20,000 bases of DNA, taken from the IMG/VR virus record IMGVR_UViG_3300020440_000013. One strand, written 5' to 3'. Of this stretch, positions 8,190 to 15,997 are shown piece after piece. The stretch's first letter is position 1; every line of letters starts with the position of its first letter. Origin of the DNA: an uncultured virus (IMG/VR IMGVR_UViG_3300020440_000013) (taxonomy: Duplodnaviria; Heunggongvirae; Uroviricota; Caudoviricetes). The position numbers were made by a program, and so were the translations under genes. The notes under the pieces were generated by a model. The model had not been told where the DNA came from, searched no databases, and saw only the letters and a list, made by a program, of their open reading frames with translations.

Positions 8190-8759
8190 ATGTTGCAAGA
8201 ACATTTAGGCGGACATGCCGGCAAAACACATTTAGATAAAATGGCGATAGCCTGGATTAAAGAAAAATTTTTAGCAAAAAGTTTTTTAGATATAGGATGT
8301 GGTCCTGGAGGCATGGTCGAATATGCAACTTCGCAAGGCTTAGATGCAGTGGGCATCGATGGCGATCATACTCTTAAAAGATTTGACGATAGTAAATTTA
8401 TATTACACGACTTTACTAACGGTCCTTGTCCATTGTCTAAACAGTATGACTTTGGTTGGAGTTGTGAGTTTGTAGAACATGTATATGAAAAATATATTCC
8501 TAACTATATTCAATCTTTTCAAAATTGTAAAGTAGTAATGATTACATATGCTCCACCAGGTTGGGTAGGACATCATCATGTTAACTGTCAAGAAGAATAT
8601 TATTGGATCGATAAATTTAAAGGATACGGATTAGAATATAGAAAAGATTGGACTGAAGAATTGCGTAAAATTAGCTCTATGAATACTAAAAAAGGCAACG
8701 CTACGAAAAAATCTTTTGTAAAAAATAGAGGATTAATTTTTCAGAATGTCGCAAGATAA
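8190..8759 (+). CDS. Class I SAM-dependent methyltransferase
   Basis: Motif I FLDIGCGPG, GIDG, CEFVEHV, GHHHVNCQ...YW. Confidence 0.88.
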   Translation: MLQEHLGGHAGKTHLDKMAIAWIKEKFLAKSFLDIGCGPGGMVEYATSQGLDAVGIDGDHTLKRFDDSKFILHDFTNGPCPLSKQYDFGWSCEFVEHVYEKYIPNYIQSFQNCKVVMITYAPPGWVGHHHVNCQEEYYWIDKFKGYGLEYRKDWTEELRKISSMNTKKGNATKKSFVKNRGLIFQNVAR

Positions 8760-9687
8760 AGAACCTTTAGTTTTAGGAATAGAAGAAATGTATAGGAATC
8801 ATCCTATACCTAATCTACCAAATTTTAAAATTGTACCTTTTAACGATCCTTTATTAGAACAAGCAGACATATACATACAAAATAATATTATAGATCAAAA
8901 AAGAAAAAAATTTAAAAAATATTATCAATATATTATTGACAGCGGTAAGCCTTATATATGTGTTGAGTCTGCTGTATTTAGACGCAACATGAAACAGCCT
9001 CCACACCCAAAAGCATATCATAGATACAGTTGGTTTAGTTATTTTAGAGACGAAGGCTTATATAATAATTTAAATTCAAGTGGAGATCGTTGGAAAAAAA
9101 TACAACAAGATCAAAATATAGAAATAAAAGATTGGCGACACGAAGGCGAATATATATTATTGATTATGCAACGCCCTGGAGATAGTAGTTTAAAAAACTT
9201 AATGGCTAAGCATGGCGACTACGAATCTTTTATTACTAATGTATTAAACGAAATAAGAACATATACTGATAGAAAAATACGTATAAGATTACATCCGTTA
9301 AGACAAGAAATACAACACGAAATCTTAAAAAAAATAAATGCACCTAATATTGAAATTAGTACAAATATACAAGGAGCAGGTTTACTAGAAGGTGGAAATG
9401 GATTATACGAAGACTTTAAACATGCAAGAGTAGTTGTAGGATTTAATTCAAATGCACTAACAGAAAGTGTATGTGAAGGCATACCTACTTTTAGTTTATG
9501 CCCAAGTTCAATGGCTTGGGAGTGTTCAAACCACGATTTAAAATATATAGAAACTCCTGTTATAGATTTAGATAGGACATACTGGTTGCGTAATTTAGGT
9601 TATTGTCAATGGAGTGAAGAAGAAATAGAAAGGGGCGATCCTTGGTATCATCTCAGATCATTGTATCCAGATAACTTGGCTCGATAA
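8746..9687 (+). CDS. KpsC/KpsS-like (capsule synthesis, GT-B) putative Kdo transferase
   Basis: ILLIMQRPGDSS (QxxxD), IRIRLHP (HP motif), VVGFNSNALTESVCEGIPTF. Confidence 0.65.
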   Translation: MSQDKEPLVLGIEEMYRNHPIPNLPNFKIVPFNDPLLEQADIYIQNNIIDQKRKKFKKYYQYIIDSGKPYICVESAVFRRNMKQPPHPKAYHRYSWFSYFRDEGLYNNLNSSGDRWKKIQQDQNIEIKDWRHEGEYILLIMQRPGDSSLKNLMAKHGDYESFITNVLNEIRTYTDRKIRIRLHPLRQEIQHEILKKINAPNIEISTNIQGAGLLEGGNGLYEDFKHARVVVGFNSNALTESVCEGIPTFSLCPSSMAWECSNHDLKYIETPVIDLDRTYWLRNLGYCQWSEEEIERGDPWYHLRSLYPDNLAR

Positions 9688-9690
9688 GTA
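9685..9690 (+). promoter_or_regulatory. Variant late promoter TAAGTA
   Basis: TAAGTA-5 nt-ATG, the same spacing as TAAATA before terL. No SD. Confidence 0.4.
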
Positions 9691-9695
9691 TTACT

Positions 9696-10472
9696 ATGGA
9701 ACAAGTTGTATTAGTTACAGGTGGTTTTGACCCCTTACACTCAGGACACATTGAGTACTTTAAAGAAGCAAAAAAACTTGGCACTAAACTAATTGTTGGT
9801 GTTAATTCGGACGATTGGCTTACACGTAAAAAAGGCAGACCATTTATGCCATTTACAGAACGTGTTGCACTTATAGAAGAAATGAAAGTAGTTGATAAAG
9901 TTATCGGCTTTGATGATAGCGATGACAGTGCATGTCATGCTATATTCCATACTATGAGTACACACGGATCTGGAACTAAAGTTATCTTTGCTAACGGCGG
10001 AGATAGGACTAATACTACTACACCTGAATACAAAACATATAGTAGCTATCCACATGTAGATTTTGTATTTGGAGTTGGCGGCGAACATAAAATGAATTCT
10101 AGTAGTTGGATACTAGAGGAATGGAAAGCCCCAAAGACAGAGCGTACATGGGGATATTACAGAGTGATACATGAATACGATAAACACACTAAAGTAAAAG
10201 AGTTAGCAGTACCGCCCGGCGGCAAACTGTCAATGCAACGCCACAAAGAACGTGCAGAGCATTGGTTTATTGCAGAAGGTACAGCAACAGTATATACAAT
10301 AAACAATAAGACAGATATAGAAACATTAGGAGTATATCAACAGCATAAGTCATTACACATACCTGTAGGCACTTGGCATCAACTTGCTAATGAGCATGAC
10401 ACTGATTTAAAATTAGTAGAAATACAATATGGTACTAAATGCGTGGAGGAAGACATTGAACGAAGATCTTAA
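9696..10472 (+). CDS. HxGH nucleotidyltransferase (RfaE/TagD-like) fused to a mannose-6-phosphate isomerase-type cupin
   Basis: N-terminus TGGFDPLHSGH...GVNSD...KKGRP...FANGGDR...SSS. C-terminus RTWGYY...VKEL...PGGKLSMQRH..RAEHW...HQLAN...EIQYG...EEDIER. Confidence 0.88.
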   Translation: MEQVVLVTGGFDPLHSGHIEYFKEAKKLGTKLIVGVNSDDWLTRKKGRPFMPFTERVALIEEMKVVDKVIGFDDSDDSACHAIFHTMSTHGSGTKVIFANGGDRTNTTTPEYKTYSSYPHVDFVFGVGGEHKMNSSSWILEEWKAPKTERTWGYYRVIHEYDKHTKVKELAVPPGGKLSMQRHKERAEHWFIAEGTATVYTINNKTDIETLGVYQQHKSLHIPVGTWHQLANEHDTDLKLVEIQYGTKCVEEDIERRS

Positions 10473-12168
10473 AGTATTTGTAGGATACGATAGTCGAGAA
10501 GATATTGCATATCAAGTATGTAAACACTCATTAGAACAAAATAACAAAAAGAAAAATATAAAAATTGAACCTATCGCGTTGAGTCAATTACAAGAAGATT
10601 TAATCTATACAAGAGATGTAGACCCGTTAGCAAGTACCGAGTTTACGTTCAGCAGATTCTTAGTTCCGTATCTTATGGAATATAAAGGCTGGGCAGTGTT
10701 TTGTGATTGTGATTTTTTATGGTTAGATGATATACAAAAATTATTTGATAAAATGGATCCACGGTATGCAGTTATGTGTGTACACCATGACTATAATCCT
10801 CATGGTAGAGTAAAAATGGACGGTAAACAACAAACTATTTACCCACGAAAAAATTGGAGTAGTTTAGTTTTATGGAACTGTGGACATCCAAGTAACCAAC
10901 AAGTAACAAAAGAATTAGTTAATAATCCTGAAACAACAGGACAATACATGCATAGATTTAGTTGGCTCAAAGATGAAGAAATTGGACAACTATCACATGA
11001 ATGGAACTGGTTAACTGATTGGTATAAAGAACCACAAGATGGCAAACCAAGAGCATTACATTATACAGAAGGTGGTCCTTGGTTTAAAGATTATGAAAGA
11101 TGTGATTACGCAGTTGACTGGTTACTTGCAGAAAAAAGTTACATTAGTCACAAGCGTAAAGGTGAAAAGAAAGATAAAAAGCTCGGACCGTTTGAAGGGT
11201 TTAAACCAGAGTTAAATGAATATATTCAAAAAGCAATAAATTATAGTATCGATCCTAAAGGACTTTATTTAAAAAATAGTTCAATAGAGGATCTAAAGGA
11301 GTGTGTTAAGAAAATGGGAGATAAGGTAGCAGCAATTGATAGTAGTGGCCCTGGCGGCATCGACTATGCAACAAAAGGACATGAGTACGATCCGTTACTT
11401 GTAGATTTTATATCAGGCAGTGGTGGAATATTAAGTTCATGGGATAGAGAAAAGCCTACAAACAACACACTAGTTATTAGAGGTTTAGGCGGCGGAAGTC
11501 AAAAAGCATTACGTAATTGTAAAGAAAATGATAGAGAATTTTTTGCAATTGATACAGGATACTTTGGCAACGGCAAACTTAAAAAAATACACAGAGTCAC
11601 AAGAAATAATTTACAAGAACTTGGGCCTATTAAAGTCCGTGATTTAGATCGTGCTAGAGCAATGGGTTACAAATATAGAAAGTTTAAAAAAGAAGGAACT
11701 AAAATTTTAATCTGTCCTCCAAGTATAAAAGTAATGAAGTTTTTTGATCAAGGTACTCCTGAAGAATGGGTAGAAAAAACTCTTAAACAAATTAAAGTTT
11801 TTACTAATAGACCAATTGAAATACGTATGAAGCCTACAAGAACAGACAGGGTAACAATTAATACTATTCAAGATGCATTAGAAGATGATGTATTTTGCTT
11901 AGTAACTTATAATAGCATTGCAGCATTAGAAGCATTAATGGTAGGTAAACCCGCAATAGCATTAGGTCCTAATGCGGCACAACAAATATGTGAAACAGAG
12001 TTAAGAAACATTGACACTCCTAAAATTCCTAGTAGGGAAGAAATGGATGCACTAATGGCATATCTTGCGTACTGTCAATTTACTCAACCTGAAATGCGTT
12101 CAGGCCATGCATGGAGAATTATAAATGAAAATAGTCAGTTACCTGAGTGGCATCCCGGTAAAGAATAA
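10456..12168 (+). CDS. Two-domain glycosyltransferase: N-terminal CDI-like GT-A domain plus C-terminal KpsC/S-like GT-B domain
   Basis: VFVGYDSRE, STEFTFSRF, FCDCDFL (DxD), YPRKNWSS, HYTEGGPW; then IDTGYF, RPIEIRMKP, LVTYNSIAALEALMVGKP. Start taken as TTG 10456 (GGAGG at 10445-10449) rather than ATG 10429. Confidence 0.8.
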   Translation: MNEDLKVFVGYDSREDIAYQVCKHSLEQNNKKKNIKIEPIALSQLQEDLIYTRDVDPLASTEFTFSRFLVPYLMEYKGWAVFCDCDFLWLDDIQKLFDKMDPRYAVMCVHHDYNPHGRVKMDGKQQTIYPRKNWSSLVLWNCGHPSNQQVTKELVNNPETTGQYMHRFSWLKDEEIGQLSHEWNWLTDWYKEPQDGKPRALHYTEGGPWFKDYERCDYAVDWLLAEKSYISHKRKGEKKDKKLGPFEGFKPELNEYIQKAINYSIDPKGLYLKNSSIEDLKECVKKMGDKVAAIDSSGPGGIDYATKGHEYDPLLVDFISGSGGILSSWDREKPTNNTLVIRGLGGGSQKALRNCKENDREFFAIDTGYFGNGKLKKIHRVTRNNLQELGPIKVRDLDRARAMGYKYRKFKKEGTKILICPPSIKVMKFFDQGTPEEWVEKTLKQIKVFTNRPIEIRMKPTRTDRVTINTIQDALEDDVFCLVTYNSIAALEALMVGKPAIALGPNAAQQICETELRNIDTPKIPSREEMDALMAYLAYCQFTQPEMRSGHAWRIINENSQLPEWHPGKE

Positions 12169-13042
12169 TAATCTACAAAAACCTGCTATACTTAATAATT
12201 TTATACAAGGGTGTAATGTTGTAGGAGACCAGGGTATTCCGTATGTAGGATTTGACATGCAAGAATGTGATGTTGGAGTAATACAAGGATTTACACATGT
12301 TGACGGTAAGCATCTTCCTCATTTACAATTACGATCAAAAGTAATTCAACATCAAATAAGTCGTGGCAAACATACTGTTATTGCAGATAGTAATTTATTC
12401 TTATATGCAGATCCTGCCCAACAACATAACTATTTAAGATTTAGTTTTGATGGAGTCTTTCCTAATACAGGTTTTTACTTTGATAAAGATATTGATGCTG
12501 AGCGTTGGAAAAAGATATCTAAAAATTTAGGTATTCCTCTCAAAGACTATAGACAACAAGGCAATCATATCTTAATTTGTTTACAACGTAACGGTGGATG
12601 GAGTATGCGTGGTTTACCTGTAATGGATTGGTTAAGAAATACTATACAAGAGATTAGAAAATATAGTGACAGACCAATCATTGTTAGGGGACATCCTGGC
12701 GATAAAAAGAAAGAAATTTATCTAAAAATAAATGAGCCTAATGTACATGTAAGTGACTTTAGAAGACATATTACACAAGACTTAGATAATGCATGGGCAA
12801 CTGTAACTTATAATTCTAGCCCAGGTGTTGCTAGTTTAATTGAAGGTATACCTGTGTTTATGACTGACCCAGATCCTAATTACAGTCAATATTCAGAAGT
12901 TGCTAATCATAATTTTAAAAGATTAGAAGATCCTAAAATGTATAATAGACAAGAATGGATTGAAAAGATATCAATGTGTCATTGGAATTTTCAAGAACTT
13001 CAAAGCGGAGAAGCTTGGAGTTTTATGCGTCAATACGTTTAG
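12125..13042 (+). CDS. KpsC/KpsS-like GT-B putative glycosyltransferase
   Basis: ILICLQRNGGWS, IRKYSDRPIIVRGHP, TVTYNSSPGVASLIEGIPVF. Paralogous to 8746 and 13929. Confidence 0.65.
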   Translation: MKIVSYLSGIPVKNNNLQKPAILNNFIQGCNVVGDQGIPYVGFDMQECDVGVIQGFTHVDGKHLPHLQLRSKVIQHQISRGKHTVIADSNLFLYADPAQQHNYLRFSFDGVFPNTGFYFDKDIDAERWKKISKNLGIPLKDYRQQGNHILICLQRNGGWSMRGLPVMDWLRNTIQEIRKYSDRPIIVRGHPGDKKKEIYLKINEPNVHVSDFRRHITQDLDNAWATVTYNSSPGVASLIEGIPVFMTDPDPNYSQYSEVANHNFKRLEDPKMYNRQEWIEKISMCHWNFQELQSGEAWSFMRQYV

Positions 13043-13887
13043 CCTTGCCAATATTGCTCAGCTCTACCTTGCATTAAATCTTTAGCACGGCTTTTGCCTT
13101 CTTCTTTACGTACACCTTTCATATGATCAAAGTAGTCACCTAAGATACTATTAATGAAAGGATGTCCTCCTCCACCAGTCTTTGCAGTTCTTACATAAAT
13201 GCTTTCAGAATAGTCATGTTCTGCATTAAACTCTTTATATTTCTTAAGTACTTCTCCAAATACATAACTATCATGCCATTCGTCTAAAGTAAACATTCCG
13301 TTATCAGCATCTTCGTACATACGTTCAAACTCTTTTAAGAATTCATATGCAACAGGATGATTTAGATTGAATCCGTAAAACCCGCACTCTGGCCAAGTCT
13401 GTGATCCTTTACCTCTACCAACGTAAGTAATATATTTGTTGTCTGGTAATAGTTCTTTAAACTTATCATAGGTAACAATACTGTGAACAAAAATATCAGC
13501 GTCCATCCATACTACCCAATCACTACCATTTTGCTTTGCACGTTCTACACCGTCAAATACAGCATAAGTTTTATTAGCAAATCTAATAGCGTCCCATTTA
13601 AACTTCTTATGATGATCTCTTGGACGTCTTTCAGGAAACGGACAAATACCATTTGCTTTAGGTACGTCTTTCCAACGATCCTTAAATGCATTTAATTTTG
13701 GTAATACTTCTTTTGAATTTAATATTGTAATTTGTTCTGAATTAGGATTTACAGGTTCGCAGTCTTCTGCATATACAATTAATTTTACGTTGTCATCTAT
13801 TTCTTTTGCAAAACTATCTAAAAATCTCTGTCCGTATAAATCTAATCCCGGCTTATGGAATGTGGTAACCACAGTTATTGGTTTCAT
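13039..13887 (-). CDS. Putative GT-A fold glycosyltransferase
   Basis: 282-aa ORF with SD AAGGA. KWDAIRFANK, WVVWMDADI (DxD), ECGFYGFNL, EWHDSYVF, DHMKG. Confidence 0.8.
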   Translation of the reverse strand: MKPITVVTTFHKPGLDLYGQRFLDSFAKEIDDNVKLIVYAEDCEPVNPNSEQITILNSKEVLPKLNAFKDRWKDVPKANGICPFPERRPRDHHKKFKWDAIRFANKTYAVFDGVERAKQNGSDWVVWMDADIFVHSIVTYDKFKELLPDNKYITYVGRGKGSQTWPECGFYGFNLNHPVAYEFLKEFERMYEDADNGMFTLDEWHDSYVFGEVLKKYKEFNAEHDYSESIYVRTAKTGGGGHPFINSILGDYFDHMKGVRKEEGKSRAKDLMQGRAEQYWQG

Positions 13888-13900
13888 ATTGTTTCCTTTG

Positions 13901-13924
13901 TAAATATACTACTAGGAGTATTTA
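13901..13924. promoter_or_regulatory. Pair of face-to-face late promoter cores
   Basis: TAAATA on + (13901-13906) and on - (TATTTA at 13919-13924) in the 41-bp gap between divergent genes. Confidence 0.65.
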
Positions 13925-13928
13925 ACAG

Positions 13929-14771
13929 ATGATATTCAGTTTATGGACACATTATGGCGCACTTAATAGCAAACCAGTTTTTGAAGCTTTTGCAAATAGT
14001 CTTCTTAATAATGGGCATAGTGTTCTTTATAACAATGACACTGCCGATGTTAATGTTATTTGGAGCGTGTTGTTTAACGGAAGAATGGCTGGAAACAAAG
14101 CAGTCTGGGAACAACATAAACCAACAATAGTATTAGAAGTTGGCGGCATACAACGAGGAACAACATGGAAGGTGGGACTAAATGGTATCAACCGTGATGG
14201 GGATTATTTTTCTACTGGCAATAATAACGATCGTGCTAGGCTTTTGGGATTAGAATTAAAACCTTGGCGCACTGATGGTGAGTATATTTTAATAGCAGGA
14301 CAACATGATAAAAGTTTACAATGGCAAAATATGCCTAGTATGAGTAATTGGTTTTTAGATACATATGATACTATACGACAACATACTGATCGTCCTATTA
14401 TCTTTAGACCGCATCCACGTTGCAGATTAGAACATATTGAACGTGGGTTACGCAATGTAATTAGGCACGAGCCGCAACATATTAATGGTACTTACGATGA
14501 TTTTGATATGGTGTTTGATAACGTGCATTGTACTATTAGTTACAGTAGCAATCCTGGGATTCATTCTATCATCAACGGTGTTCCTGCTTTTGTTGGTCCT
14601 AGCAGTCTTGCTTATCCTGTAGCAAATGACATAAATCACTTAGAGGATATTGAAGAACTACACACAGGTGCTAGGCAACAATGGCTAAATGATTATGCAT
14701 GGACTGAATTTACTGTGGAAGAAATTTCACAGGGACTACCACTTTCTCTCTTGACTTCTGCGTTAATTTAA
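13929..14771 (+). CDS. KpsC/KpsS-like GT-B putative glycosyltransferase
   Basis: ILIAGQHDKSLQW, IRQHTDRPIIFRPHP, TISYSSNPGIHSIINGVPAF. SD AGGAG. Confidence 0.65.
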   Translation: MIFSLWTHYGALNSKPVFEAFANSLLNNGHSVLYNNDTADVNVIWSVLFNGRMAGNKAVWEQHKPTIVLEVGGIQRGTTWKVGLNGINRDGDYFSTGNNNDRARLLGLELKPWRTDGEYILIAGQHDKSLQWQNMPSMSNWFLDTYDTIRQHTDRPIIFRPHPRCRLEHIERGLRNVIRHEPQHINGTYDDFDMVFDNVHCTISYSSNPGIHSIINGVPAFVGPSSLAYPVANDINHLEDIEELHTGARQQWLNDYAWTEFTVEEISQGLPLSLLTSALI

Positions 14772-14779
14772 AGTATAAT
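14751..14779 (+). promoter_or_regulatory. Near-consensus sigma70 promoter
   Basis: TTGACT (14751-14756), 17 nt, TATAAT (14774-14779). Predicted +1 is at about the ATG at 14786. Confidence 0.85.
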
Positions 14780-14785
14780 GTACAC

Positions 14786-15997
14786 ATGCTTACTAACACT
14801 CATACTATAGAAGATTGCCTTGAAGTAGCTTGTGGACTTACAACAAGTCCTGCTATTAAACTACAACAAGACGATACACATATTATTTCATCACTTGCTA
14901 GGCAAGTATTTAAAGGCACAGGCTTAACAGATAAACAGTTAGATCTTAGTGTTGAAAAACTTAAAACATATGCAGATCAATTATTTGAATTAGGATATGA
15001 TTTAAATCAAGCACAGTCTAATTTACGTATTCCTTTACGTAAGATTGATAGATCTAAATGGATTAAACTTTTGCAAAAAGAAGACCTTTTGTATATTGGT
15101 ATTAGATTTACTTTTAACAAAAAGTATCTAAAATACATCGAGCCATTAAATCAAAAAATAAAAAATAAACACTATGACAGAGCAAGAAAAACACATTACT
15201 TTCCTTACAGCGAAAGAAACTTATTTGATGTAATGTCATGTTTTGAAAAAAGCAACTTTGAAGTAGAAGAACAATTATTAACAGTTTACAAGGAAATTTT
15301 AAACATGAGCGAAAACAGTAAAGACTATGTCCCTGGTGTATACGGATTTAGTTTAAAAAATTTAAATGACAATGCAATAGATTATATGATAAGCTCTGTA
15401 GGTCAGCCGTCAGCTAAAACATTACACATTTATAAAGATAGAGATCACTTGTTTGGATTAGATCATTTTGATTCAGACGACTTAGAAGAAGCACTGAATA
15501 ATTTATTACCACTAACACGTAAAGTAATTTTAAGAGAAACAAATCAAATTTTAATTGATAGTAAAGAATATAATTTTGAAGAAGTAGCATCAACACTTGT
15601 TGAGTTGCAAAGATTCCCGTTATTAATTATATTGCCAAAAGAAGATCCATTATATCATTTAGAATATGCACACGAATGTTTTAGCAAAGTAATATCAGAT
15701 GAAAGTACGTCTGTGTTATTTAGATTAGAAAATAAAGGTGAAGGTTTAGACTTTAATCAATACATAAAAGATAATAATTTAAACAAACCTCTTGACAATA
15801 CAACAAAAATAGTGTATATTAGTAACAATAAACTACCTAAAACTTTGTTTAAAGTAGACTGGCAACCTGTCGCTACTTTACAATTAGATAGTGAAAGACT
15901 AGGAACTTATATTAGTACATATGTTGATGCCCATGATTTGGTAATACATTATGACACTGATGCAACTCCTTTTAACCGGAAGGTGCAAAAAATTTGA
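14786..15997 (+). CDS. Hypothetical protein (403 aa)
   Basis: Long ORF with its own promoter and a TTGA overlap with the helicase gene. No motif recognised. Confidence 0.8.
   Translation: MLTNTHTIEDCLEVACGLTTSPAIKLQQDDTHIISSLARQVFKGTGLTDKQLDLSVEKLKTYADQLFELGYDLNQAQSNLRIPLRKIDRSKWIKLLQKEDLLYIGIRFTFNKKYLKYIEPLNQKIKNKHYDRARKTHYFPYSERNLFDVMSCFEKSNFEVEEQLLTVYKEILNMSENSKDYVPGVYGFSLKNLNDNAIDYMISSVGQPSAKTLHIYKDRDHLFGLDHFDSDDLEEALNNLLPLTRKVILRETNQILIDSKEYNFEEVASTLVELQRFPLLIILPKEDPLYHLEYAHECFSKVISDESTSVLFRLENKGEGLDFNQYIKDNNLNKPLDNTTKIVYISNNKLPKTLFKVDWQPVATLQLDSERLGTYISTYVDAHDLVIHYDTDATPFNRKVQKI
15792..15820 (+). promoter_or_regulatory. Internal sigma70 promoter upstream of uvsW
   Basis: TTGACA (15792-15797), 17 nt, TATATT (15815-15820), about 170 nt before the helicase start. 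Confidence 0.6.

Noticed and set aside
8895..8921. A-rich runs (CAAAAAAGAAAAAAATTTAAAAAATAT) as a frameshift site
   Set aside because: They encode a Lys-rich stretch mid-gene, and the main frame continues into conserved motifs.
13039..13887. Lone reverse-strand gene as an invertible (phase-variable) segment or assembly inversion
   Set aside because: I found no flanking inverted repeats and no recombinase in the window. The gene has its own SD and promoter-like element and a natural-looking stop-stop overlap.
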